From assembly GCA_036785375.1 (NCBI GenBank), contig JAWMAR010000069.1, positions 7,192,001 through 7,256,000 of the forward strand: a stretch of DNA of 64,000 nucleotides, written 5' to 3'. The stretch is from Leucoraja ocellata. Taxonomy: Eukaryota. The notes under the pieces are model-generated. The model was not told where the DNA came from, did no database searches, and was given only the letters and a program-made list of their open reading frames with translations. Each line of letters opens with the position of its first letter. Within the stretch, counting starts at the first letter, position 1. Shown in pieces: positions 50,640 to 62,180 of the stretch. A program made the position numbers and the translations under genes.

Positions 50640-51380
50640 AGGATGGGAGCAGGTCCTTTGGTCTAATTAGTCGATGCCATCCAAGATCCCCCATCTAAGC
50701 TAGTCCCATTTACCTGTGCTTGACCCATTATCATTAACTTTTTAATCCATGTAGCAGATGAAAGGTCTTTTAAATGTTGTTATTGTGCCTGAATCAACTA
50801 CTTTCTCTGGTAGCTCGTTCTATGTACCCATCACCCTCCATGTGAAAAATCATTGTGACATGATATCCCATTCTCTATAACATTGAAAGAGACTTGCTCA
50901 ACCAGCTCCTCCAAATGGAAATGTTTGGCATGTCTGGTCTTTGTAGCAAAGGGCACAGAAAAGGGGTGAAGGAGTGCAGAGAAACTCTGGTAGATTGATT
51001 CCCAGCATGGTGGAGAAATAAAACTCTCTGAATATCTACTCTCTGGAGTTTAGTTGAAATATCTAATTTCTTTTGACCCACAAATTAAAGGTCTTGACAA
51101 GGTAGTTGTGGAGTTAAGCTGTCCTTTGGCTAGGGAGTCTAAATCTCAGAATGAGGTCAGTCTTTCTGGACTGAGATGAGGAGAAAGTTATTTTCCACCC
51201 ACTACGGTTAATCTTTTTGGAGTATGCTGTTCCAGAAAAGTGTTGTGGCTCGGTACCGAATACATTCCTTATATCTTTTGGACATGAAACAAATCAGGGA
51301 GCATATGAGACTCAAGCAGAAATATAGTTATGTGGTTAAAGGCCAAGGATCGCCTTCTTGAATGGTGGAGAAGATGGAAG
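50640..51380. mobile_element. Decayed CR1 fragments (50640-50870 -, 50880-51380 +)
   Basis: ctagtcccatttacctg tail on -, and ctctggagtttag...gagatgaggagaaag on +. Confidence 0.55.
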
Positions 51381-51626
51381 CAATCTAACAGTGAGCAGGA
51401 AGATATGGCCTATTAGTGTTCGTGAGAATTGGATAAAAATTCAAAGATAAAAGCTGTGTGGAAAATATCAATGTAGTAATTTTCGATATTGGGAATTTTT
51501 GTTTGAATGGTTTGAATGTTCATGAGAATTGATTTTATTCAAAGGAAAAATCTTAAAAGAAAATATTGATATACCAGAGATATTGTTAAAAAATTGATCG
51601 GTGCAGTAGCCACTCCCATGTTACAG

Positions 51627-52025
51627 GTTTGTTTCAGTTTAGGTTCAGTTTAGTTTATCGTCACTTGTACCGAGGTACAGTGAAAAGCTTTTGTTGCGTG
51701 CTAACCAGTCATTGGTCTGAAGAAGGGTTTTGGCCCGAAACGTTGCATATTTCCTTCACTTCATAGATGCTGCTGCACCCGCTGAGTTTCTCCAGCATTT
51801 TTGTGTACTATTGGTAAGACAATACATGATTGCAACCGAGCCATTTACAATGTATAGATACATGATGAGGAATAACATTTAGTGCAAGATAAAGCCAATA
51901 AAGTCCAATCAAAGATGGTCTGAGAGCCAACAATGAGTTAGTAGTTCAGGACTGCTCTCTAGATGTGGTAGGATGATACAGTTGCTTGATAGCAGCTGGG
52001 AAGAAACTGTCCCGGAATCTGGTGC
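51627..52025 (-). mobile_element. Rex1/Babar LINE 3' end containing a pLTR insertion (51717-51809, +)
   Basis: Reverse gattccgggacagtttcttcccagctgctatc (RFRDSFFPA) plus UTR. The insert starts at CTGAAGA and is flanked by ATTGGT (51711-51716, 51810-51815). Confidence 0.8.
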
Positions 52026-53444
52026 TGTTATGTTCCCAGAAAACCATCTATGTTGCAACTTTCTGTCATGTGAAACAGCATAATTTGCACATATGTGAAG
52101 AAACACTAGTTTAGAAAAATAAGTAAATACAAAATATATTTACTGTTTCATAAATTATCTAAGAACAAATTTAAATGGTGTACCTCAAATCTTTTGAATA
52201 GTGATTTGGAAATTTGTTCTTACAGAATTCACACGACCTACATGGCTGTTGCACTAGGATTGTCTGCAATTTAGTCTCTTCCTTTACTTCTCTCCTTGTG
52301 GCAATTATTTAAAAAAACCGTCAGCTTTTACATTCTGTATGACTTTTGTGTACTGCCTTGGCATGCTCTGAGATTATGATCATAATGAGATAACTGTTCC
52401 AGATCTTGCTTTGCCTCCTTGTATTTTTTAATGTGAAAGTTTTTCTGATGGAAAAGTCGGCATCTTGTATATCATGTTTATAGATAACCATTCAAAACGA
52501 AACTCATGTAATATCGATTTAAGATATTGTGGATCAATTAATTGTAATATATTTTCAGACCTTCCCTCGTTCACTTTAATGGGAAAGTTCCAATGTTTGA
52601 CTAAACATAACATGGTAAAGGAATTATTTTCAGTGATGGATCATAATAACTATCTTGATGACATGGTTTCAGTATATTATAGACTCTGCAGGTTTTGCTA
52701 TTGAAGACGCTCGCCCCTGTGGGGATGAACAGTGGAGTTCTTTGGATGTGAACTGCCTCAAATGTGGGTCATGTTTTTTTTTGCCAGATATAATTGCACA
52801 CAATGAAATACAGAAATTAATGCTGTGCAGTTTTATTGTAAAAATGCTGAAATACAAATCACAGGGGGCTCGGGCACTGCAATGAGATAATGTCTTACAC
52901 ATGCTTTGTCCTATAAAACCTCTGCTACATAATTAAATGAAGCTTTCACTGAATTAGAATGCAAAACTAAATTTCATTTTCCCTGTTAACCACTCACAAG
53001 CTTTGACGAGTCTTATTGTTTCAGACATCCATTGTCTTCTTGCTAGAATTATTAATAAACTTTCCTTATGAAATTAACTTTGTACAAAGCATCTGCAGGG
53101 AAATTGCGTGTACTGTTATTAAATAACAATGAATCGTATCTTTCAATAACTGGATATCTCCTGAAGCTGCTGCGGAGAACTGCTCTCTGGCTATACTTTT
53201 ACCTTCCAGCGTTATCTAGGTTTAAACATCCAGCGGGAAGATAAGAGAATTCCTCTTGTATGTTTAATAGGAGAGGGTTATCTTGTGCAAGTGAGCAAAT
53301 GTGACTGAACTGCTGAGTTAGTCATAAAGCACAGAAATAGGCCCTTTGGCCTGGTGAGTCCATCAAGCACCAGCCTTTATATTATGTCTATCTGATCCTG
53401 CACCAGTTAACCAAACAAGCTGAAGCTACATAACCAATGTAATA

Positions 53445-53565
53445 AAAAGGAACTTCAGATGTTGTTTTTTATTTTACCAAAGATCGACACAAAATACTGG
53501 AGTAACAGAGCAGGTCAGGCAGCAACTCTGGGGAAAAAATGGATAGGTGACCATTTGTTCAGACT
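53445..53565 (-). mobile_element. Penelope-like pLTR unit
   Basis: aaggaacttcagatg...gacacaaaatactggagtaac...ttcagact. Confidence 0.65.
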
Positions 53566-53654
53566 AAAAATATAATATCACCAAAATACTGTATAATATA
53601 TTTTGTATAATGTACTATATAATATAGCATACTATATAACCAATGGACATCCGG

Positions 53655-54095
53655 TAATATGGAGTGTTCGACGGCACTGGGCTTGTACTTGCTGGAGCTT
53701 AGAAATATGAGGGAGTACCCCACTGAAATGTACTGCATAGTGAAATGCCTGGATGAAGTGAGTGTGGAGAGGGTGCTCCACTGGTGGGAAGAGTCCAGGA
53801 CTAGCTGTTATAGCCTAAAAATTAAAGGATGGTCCTCCAGGAAGATGAGGGGGAATTTCTTTAGTCAGAGGATAGAGAATCTGTGGAATTCTTTGCCACA
53901 GAAGGCTTTGGAGGCCAAGTCAATGGATATTTTTGAGGCGGAGATTGGTAGATTCTTGATTAGTATGGGTGTCGGGCATTATGGGGGGAAGGCAGGAGAA
54001 TGGGGTTAGGAGGGATAGTTAGATTAGCCATGATTGAATGGCAGATTAGTATTGATGGGCCGAATAGCCTAATTCTGCTTCTATCACTTATGACA
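53655..54095 (+). mobile_element. CR1/HER1 LINE 3' fragment
   Basis: Track ORF 53659-54009 ALGLYLLELR...NFFSQRIENLWNSLPQKA, plus the tail. Confidence 0.85.
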
Positions 54096-54776
54096 GCTGA
54101 CTCCAACCATTGAGTTTGCCTTGGACAGTGTACCTTAAGGACTCAACCATCCAGATAACTGGTAGCTTCGGACAGCTCATTGGCAAGCAAAGGATGCAAA
54201 AGCCTTTTATATTTTAAGTTTTCTCAGTTAAATATTCAGTGACTGCTGTAATTAAAAGTTATGAAATATTTAAAGCATTTCAAATCTCTATGTTAGCAAA
54301 TGCTTAATGATCTGATATCTAATTGCTCAGCCTGCATTATCCTGAATGCACATTCTCATACTTGCAGCTAAGTCATTTCCCTACCTGGTCTTTATCCCCA
54401 AGGTCACCAATCCTATTTAGGGACTGGGAGACTCTGCTCCTTCACCAGCCCTCCCTGGCACCAAGCTGAATGCTGGGCATCTGTACCTTGCATTCAGTGA
54501 ATTGCCGAATCTCCGTTGGATTTGTTTGATGTGACCTATGATGGAGTGGACACTCAAATTCACTGCCATCTGACATTTAGGATGATCCTGAGATATGCTT
54601 GGAACCTTTGGTTACCTGCTAGCATTGCACAACTCCATATCTTCATTTCTAATAACTTGTCTAACCAAAAGGTGCTAGTTTGATTATGGAAAAGATTGAG
54701 CAATAAAGATTGAACAGGTCAAGCACCTTCTGTGGAATGACCTCTGTGGAAGATTAGTAAGGTTGCAGGAGATGAC

Positions 54777-55127
54777 TGTGAAAAAAGCTCTTCTCATCTC
54801 GGTTTTAAAGGATTTCCCCCTTATCCTTAAGGGGTCACAGCTTAAGGATAAGGGGGAAATCCTTTAAAACCGAGATGAGAAGAACTTTTTTCACACAGAG
54901 AGTGGTGAATCTCTGGAACTCTCTGCCACAGAGGGTAGTTGAGGCCAGTTCATTGGCTATATTTAAGAGGGAGTTAGATGTGGCCCGTGTGGCTAAGGGG
55001 ATCAGGGGGTATGGAGAGAAGGCAGGTACGGGATACTGAGTTGGATGATCAGCCATGATCATATTGAATGGCTGTGCAGGCTCGAAGGGCCGAATGGCCT
55101 ACTCCTGCACCTAATTTCTATGTTTCT
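54777..55127 (+). mobile_element. Young CR1/HER1 3' fragment with fold-back 5' end, nested in an older CR1 tail
   Basis: RGHSLRIRGKSFKTEMRRTFFTQRVVNLWNSLPQR intact. 55-bp inverted duplicate at the 5' end. ATGAC at 54772-54776 and 55128-55132. Confidence 0.85.
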
Positions 55128-55254
55128 ATGACAGGGGATTGGGATTGAGAGAAATGTAGATCCGCCATGATCGAATGGTGGAGCAAACTCAATGGGCCAA
55201 TTGGCCCAATTCTGCTCATAAGTCTTATGCCCCTATGACACGGAGAGTTGATGT

Positions 55255-55650
55255 TACAGGTTTGAACTATTCTACTGGATCCCCCCCCCACTCTCCCCAT
55301 GGTTCCCATCTGCCCACCCTTCCTCCCCAATGTAAGTCCATGCATCACCCTACTTTCCAACTGGTTTCCTTAATCTGCATCCCTTAGTTGCCTCCACCTA
55401 TCACCTCTCGGACTGTCACTTTGTCCACTCTTCAATCTTCCACCTAACTTTGTCAGCCTCCTCACCTGGCTACACTTATTGCTTGCCAGCTCCAGTCCAA
55501 CCCCTTCTCCTTATCTCTGGATATCTCCCTTCAGCTGTCAGTTCTTACGAACGGTGCCCAATCTAAATTGCCGACTGTCTATTTCCCTCCATAGATTGTG
55601 CCTGATTTGACTTCCTCCTGCAAAATGTTCCTCCACTATTCCAGCATTTT
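55255..55650 (+). mobile_element. Decayed Penelope-like 3' UTR and pLTR
   Basis: C-rich UTR followed by ...atttccctccatagattgtgcctga...ttccagcatttt. Confidence 0.5.
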
Positions 55651-57229
55651 TTAACGGTGGTATTTCTTTTCTGGAATACACTGCTGTCACCAAGGATTGT
55701 AAAATTAGGTGAATGCCTGGTCATAAGAATATTTATCAATGAATATAATTTTCTCCCAATTTTAATGACTGAGAGTAGAGGATATGCAGGCAGAGATTAG
55801 TCTAACTTAGCATCATGTGCTGTACTGATCCCAGCTCATCTTTCATTTATGATAAATATGATGTAACAAATTGTGAAATACTGAGAGCTCCAGGCTACTT
55901 GCCAAACACCAAAATTACCTGCATGATTTGATATTTCTCCATTTATCTTCCAGATCTTGGTAACTTTTTCCTCCTTTGCAAGATAGTGACTCATAGGTGC
56001 GTTACCTGATTCATTGCAGCTTTTCATTTCAATTACCACCTTCTGACAAGTTCCCCCATGTGGCATCATTGGAAAAATTGAGTTTGACACTTGTTGCCAG
56101 AACAGTTGAAGCCGAATGCCATCCTTTTTTGTATATTCACTTAAGTCAGGATTTCTGGTTGCTAAGTACTTTGTCTCATTCCAAGTGCACCTCAGAGACC
56201 TGTATGTCCCCCGAGTTGTGGTCAGAATAACATGGTGCGATTCAAGATACTAAACCTCTCAGGTTCTATACTGACCAAACAAAGATGCTAGCTATTGCCT
56301 TTGAGAAGCACATTGATTGTTTGAGCTCTAATCGAAGCTTAAAGCATTCATTTGTTTGATTGAATGCTAATTGTCTTTGAAAGAATTGTGCTCTCATAAA
56401 ATCTGATACAGAATTCCTAGTTCTCTTTTGTTACTGTTTGACACAAAAATCAACTTAAACTTGATTAGTAATTGCACTGGGATATTACAACTATACTTAA
56501 TTGCAAATGATTTGTCTTTTTTTTTGGAAGCTTCAATCTTGCAGCCAACCTCCATCTTATCTTATCATTTGTCAGCCATTTCTGCTGATCAAGAGATTGT
56601 TATAAATACTGCATCAAAACACCAGCTCCTTTATAGCAGAACTGCACTGGTTACCATTTCAACTCATCCCCTTTTGGTTATTAACCACTTAATCTTTTTT
56701 TTTTTTTTTTTTTTGCATCCCATTTGCATTCTTTGGGTCCAGCAATATTTCTATTCCATTGAAAATAAAACCCCACTTAAATGGGAAGGAATGGGCCAGG
56801 CCCTTACAATGAGCTGTGGGTCAGATGTTTGTGACCATCATTAGCTGCTGATCAAGTAAAGTTTCTACCCGTTTCTTCCAACTGGAGGTCTTGGTTTAAG
56901 GGAGGGAGGGGGAGGTGTCCTTCTGCCGTCTGAAGCAGCTGCAAGACAGATCCTATAGCTATAGGGTATTTGAGCTGCACAACCGCTCGACCCCGCACCT
57001 TCCTGTCGGCTGGCGGAGGAGGGGAGGCGGTGGTGTGGAGGTGGCGGCACTTTGGCATTGGACAGGGACGGCCAAGGCAGCGGGGCGATGTTGTCCGAGG
57101 AGTGCTGACCTTCCTTTCTCCCCACCTCCTCTGCACCTTGCAACCCACCCTCTCCCTCTCTCTCTTGTATGCCCCCTCCACCCCTCTTATCCTGGGACCC
57201 CTCCTCTCCATCCCACACTGACCTCCATT

Positions 57230-57275
57230 CCAGTCCTCACTGACATCCCATGTGCTCCCCTCCCCATCTACACCC

Positions 57276-57306
<31 letters not shown>

Positions 57307-58075
57307 ATCTATTAATCACCCTACCCACCTCGCATTGATTCTCCTGCCACCTCCCCCCATCTATCCTACACTGGTCCCCCAATTCATCCTGTACTGACCC
57401 CCCTCTTCCCAATCCATCCTGCACTTCTCCCCCCCCCCCCCCCCCCATCCATACTGCACTGATCCTTCCATGCATCCCGTACTGACCCGCCCTCAAATTT
57501 ACCCCTGCACCAATCCCCCCCCCCCCCCCCCATCCATCCTGTAGTGAACTCCCCATTCATCTTTTACTGATCTCCCATGCATCCTGTACTGATCCCCTCA
57601 TTCATCTCGTACTGATATCCCATTCATCCTATACTGATCACCTCATTCATCCTGTACTGATCACGACACCCATTCATCCTGCCCACAGGCCCTCCGATCC
57701 ACATTGACCCCCCCCCCCCCCATTCAACCTGTGCTGACCCCCCCCCATTCAAAAAGAATGGGGGGAACAGTTTGAAGAAGGGTCTAGACCCGAAACGTTG
57801 CATATTTCGTTAGCACCATAGATGCTGCCTCCCCCGCTGAATTTCTCCAGCATTTGTGTCTACCCCCATTCATCCTGTACTGACCCCCCCCCCCCATCCT
57901 TCCCTACTGACCCCCCCCCATAAAACACCACTGACATCGTCCCCTCACAATTTTACGAACTCCAACCAACACGTACTAATTCACCTGCCTCAATCCATCC
58001 ATTCCGCACCGATTGACTTCTCAATCCCCCCCACCACCATCTATCCACCCCGCACTGATTCACACACCCCCTGAC
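57230..58075. repeat. C-rich minisatellite (unit ~CCCATTCATCCTGTACTGA plus variable poly-C) with a pLTR insertion at ~57767-57862
   Basis: Many imperfect copies of catcctgtactga, read directly. Confidence 0.85.
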
Positions 58076-58988
58076 CCTATTGTGCTTCACGGTCTTCTGA
58101 GTGAACATTGACTATGTTTGATAACGGAATGCAATCAAATGTGTTTTAATTCCCAATGTTATTATTTGTTTTGACACCTTTAAACATATTACCAAAAGGA
58201 CATTTGCTGCCGTTATGTCCTTTGGCCATCTCTTGTCAGTTAGTGTAATGTTTAACCTGTCAGATGGGTATAGTCGGTTTTAACAGCTATTATCATAAAA
58301 TGCCTTTAGAAATTTCCTTACAACCTGTATATTTTGTTATGGATAAATTATGGGGAAGCGAGAGTGCTTCTGTGCCAATAGCAATAACGACCCATGCTAT
58401 GGCCATGTCATGGTAATTTTTTGGTCCTTCACAGAAACCATGCTTTGCATCAATTGCAATATGTAAAAAGAGTTGATATATTGTATTGTAATTTTGCTGC
58501 ATGTCAATGCGGTATATATAATGTCTTGATTGGTGAATATGTTTAGTTTGTGACTTTATTTGAAGCAGAAATAATATGTGAATGTAGACAAAAGTGCTGG
58601 AGAAACTCAGCGGATGCGGCAGCATCTATGGAGCGAAGGAAATGAGCAACGTTTCGGGCCGAAACACTTCTTTCAGACTGCTGGGTTTCGGCCTGAAACG
58701 TTGCCTATTTCCTTCGCTCCATAGGTGCTGCTGCACCTGCTGAGTTTCTCCAGCACTTTTTATCTACCTTCGATTTTCCAGCATCTGCAGTTCCTTCTTG
58801 AACATAATATGTGAATGCTTCATTGAGCATAATTCCAACTGGTAACTACGCACTTCGTCCAAGCACATTATATCACATGCTTCATGCAAACCGTCCTAAA
58901 TGACCACCTAAACTGTCATTTGGCAACCTAAAAAGCTGTCAAGGTTGCCCGGCTGGCAACAGGGAAAAAAAGTTAAGTGAGAGCCCTG
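58076..58988. mobile_element. Probable hAT-type non-autonomous DNA transposon, right portion
   Basis: Ends ...ggcaacagggaaaaaaagttaagtgagagccctg (reverse CAGGG terminus) with repeated subterminal GGCAAC/GTTGCC motifs. No matching left TIR found. Confidence 0.45.
58585..58803. mobile_element. Young palindromic Penelope-like pLTR unit
   Basis: Perfect 14-bp TSD ATAATATGTGAATG (58571-58584, 58804-58817) and ~80-bp inverted arms. Confidence 0.85.
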
Positions 58989-59078
58989 ATCAGCTTTCCA
59001 TGTTATAAGTATGAAGCGTAAATTTTAAAACAGAGTAAAGATGTCAGTCAGATATATTGAAATGCATTTGGTACAATC

Positions 59079-59278
59079 NNNNNNNNNNNNNNNNNNNNNN
59101 NNNNNNNNNNNNNNNNNNNNNNNNNNNNNNNNNNNNNNNNNNNNNNNNNNNNNNNNNNNNNNNNNNNNNNNNNNNNNNNNNNNNNNNNNNNNNNNNNNNN
59201 NNNNNNNNNNNNNNNNNNNNNNNNNNNNNNNNNNNNNNNNNNNNNNNNNNNNNNNNNNNNNNNNNNNNNNNNNNNNNN
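59079..59278. other. Assembly gap (200 N)
   Basis: Run of N. Confidence 1.
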
Positions 59279-59772
59279 AGCATAGGGCCGAATAATCTAT
59301 TTCCATGCTGTGTTTGTAATCGCTACTGAGGATTATAGGAGGGGTTTTTTTTTGATAAAGTATTATTTTCAGGTTTTACATGGCTGCACAGAGCAAGTGC
59401 ATCCATATTAAATCTTTTTTAAATTCTTCTCATTCCATGTATGGGGGAAACAAGGACGAATAGCAAAATATTTCTTCCTAGTCCTGTGATTGTCAGACTA
59501 TGCACCTGCAGTGCAGATGCTGTAAAAGCCATGCCTCTTCTATTTAGCACTGACAGGTTGCAATTTTAATCAGAATCTGCATTGACTAAAATGCCTAACT
59601 TATGCAAGAGCACGTATTCGTGGTCACTGATGTCTGTTCACAATTCATAACAAAATGATAGGCAATTTAAGTTTCTCTTTCAACCTCTAGCCAATGTACC
59701 AAACGAGCCGCAAAGTCGATCAAGATAGTTTGCTGATTAACTTAATGGAGTGGTGACATTGAAAAGCTTGAT

Positions 59773-59885
59773 GGTAGACACAAAATGCTGGGGTAACTCA
59801 GCGGGTGAGGCAGCATCTCAGGAGAGAAGGAATGGGCGACGTTTCGGGTCGAGACCTTCTTCAGGCTGAAGACCCTTCTTCAGAC
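59773..59885 (-). mobile_element. Penelope-like pLTR unit with duplicated hammerhead start
   Basis: Perfect 13-bp TSD TGAAAAGCTTGAT (59760-59772, 59886-59898). Minus strand reads CTGAAGAagggtcttcagcCTGAAGAaggtctcgacccGAAACGTC. Confidence 0.85.
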
Positions 59886-60494
59886 TGAAAAGCTTGATAT
59901 TAGAACCCAGAATTGTTTAGAGAAGTGGTACCAGAGGGAGAAAGGCAGAGGTTCTGTGAATGGTAGCGGTTAAAAGATTTTTGATTCAACTGGGTGGAAG
60001 ATATAATGAGGGAGGCGTTAATAGTTAGGGTGACCAATATATTGGGTGACAAGCCTGGAAATCACTCCGAAGGTCAGTGTAGCAAAGATGCAATTTGGTG
60101 ATAAATCTTAGACATTTAATTTCACTGGGTTAGAGTTAGAGAGTCGATGCCAATCGATGAGTGATGGGCAGGAAAGTCAGCACCTGGAGTAAGATGGTCT
60201 GTGTTTGCCATAATTTCTGCATCAGTAAAGCACTGGTTTCATATTTTCCCCGTTATCCCACACCCTGTTTTTTTCTATCATTTCTGTGTCCTCTCCTTTT
60301 CTCTGCAACTTAAACATTGTTTGGCCTCTAGCCATTCATACTCCAGATAAAAAACAATTAGCATGAATGACAAAGACTGTTTCTCCCTCCATAGATGCCG
60401 CCAGATATTCTGAGTATATCCAGCAGTGACTGATTTTGTTTCATATTCTTGCATCCACAGTATTTTGTTTGTGTAATCAGCATTTCTGGAATAG

Positions 60495-60778
60495 ACTTTG
60501 GAGATACAGTGGGGAAACAAGCCTTCTTCCCACTGAGTCCATGCCGACCAGCAATCACCCCATACACTAACATTATCCTACACACAAGGATAATTTATAA
60601 TTTTACTGAATCCAATTAACCTACAATCCTGTACATCTTTGGGCTGTGGGAGGAAACCTGAGCACCAGGAGAAAACCCACATGGTTACAGGGAGAACATA
60701 CAAAGTCCATACTGACAGCAGCTGTAGTCGCGATTGTACCTGGGTCTCTGTTGCTCGACCGCTGTGCCACTGTGCCAT
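60495..60778 (-). mobile_element. HE1-type V-SINE
   Basis: Reverse ggcacagtggcacagcgg head, V core and CR1 tail. Confidence 0.8.
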
Positions 60779-61449
60779 CGTCTGGTTGACATAGTCTGTA
60801 TTTGTTTAATGTTTTGGCAGTGGTACTCAACTGCCCCATGTTACCATAAGATGCCCAAGATTTATTTTCAATGTCCAGCTATTGAATGATAAAAAAAAAT
60901 GTTTTACCTGGTTAAGGAAGGAAAAAGCATGTATTTAATTACATTCAGATAATCACAAGTATTTTTTAAAATATTTATCATATTCTACTATCACTGTAAT
61001 TATTTTCCACAAATAATTAGTGAAGATAATTGGAAAGTCTGACAACGTAATACTTTAATTAGCAAAGCTAGCTGCTATGGAAGTGAGAGGTGCAAAACTT
61101 CTGAGGTGAGCAGGGGTCAGTTTAGGTAATTGCTTTTTCTAATCAGAAATGTCGAAGGAAAAGAGAGAAGATATTGCATTCAAATTTCCTGGTTTAAGGT
61201 AAACAGATTATTGAAGCACAAATCCTCTGTGGTCCATTTTAAAGGGTAGGGCAAATAAGTTCTGACCGTGCAAAATCATACATAATTCAGTGTGTTCTAA
61301 AACATCTGTTTAAAACAACAACTTCCATGTTGTCATAGTGGGGGTAGGTTGGCTTTTGATTTTGCTTTTCCTTCATATTTCTTCTGGGGCTACTCCTCTT
61401 CTACATGGTCTTCCCCACAGGAATACAACAGTTATTGTTGCGAGTCATT

Positions 61450-62180
61450 TTTGTTTTTAATAACTCAAGAGATGTAGGTCTTGCAGCTGAGTCACCATTG
61501 AACTACCCATCCCTAGTTGCCCCTGAGAAGGAGAAAATGATAGTGAACTGCCATCTCAAACTGCTACAAGTTTGGGTAAACCCACAACACTGTTTGGGAG
61601 TGAGAACTAGGATTTTGACTCTGCAACAATGAGGCAACGGTGATATATTTCCACATCATAATGGTGTGTGTTGCTTGGAGGGCAACTTGCACATGGCTGT
61701 GTTCCCATGTTTTGCTGCCCTGTTTATCTAACAGGCAGAGGATGTAGGTTTAGAAGGTGGTATCAAAGGAGTCTTTGTGAGTCGGTGCAGTATATCCTGC
61801 AGATTGTACAAACTGCTGCTACTGTGAATGAATGGTGGAGTGAATGGATGTGGATTGGTGGCCTATCAAGTGGAGAGTATTCCATCACAGTCCTGACTCG
61901 AGCCTTGTAGATGATAAATAGGTTGAGGGAAGTTAGGAAATTAGTTACTTGCCACACGATTTCTCGCCTCTGACCTGCTCTTGAGCCATAGTGTGTATAT
62001 GGTCGATACAGTTCTGTTTCCTATCAATGGCAACCCCCAAGGATATTTAAAGTGGTGTAGTGAGAGAATGGGAGATGGTAGTGCCATTGCATATAAAAGA
62101 GGTAATAGCTGAATTTTCCACTATTGGATATCGAAATGCCTGACACCTGCATGGAGCCAATGTTACATGAATTATAGCCA
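61450..62180 (-). mobile_element. Old CR1-group LINE remnant (RT C-terminus plus 3' UTR)
   Basis: Track ORF 61763-61957 IYKARVRTVMEYSPL...HSLHHSFTVAAVCTI. Confidence 0.7.

Noticed and set aside
56852-57556. 234-aa Gly-rich ORF and its Pro-rich antisense partner
   Set aside because: Translation of poly-C/G minisatellite.
57340-57920. CRISPR-like array
   Set aside because: Units are degenerate and separated by poly-C rather than unique spacers. The context is vertebrate and no cas genes are present.
59025-59329. ORFs spanning X runs
   Set aside because: Artefacts of the 200-N gap.
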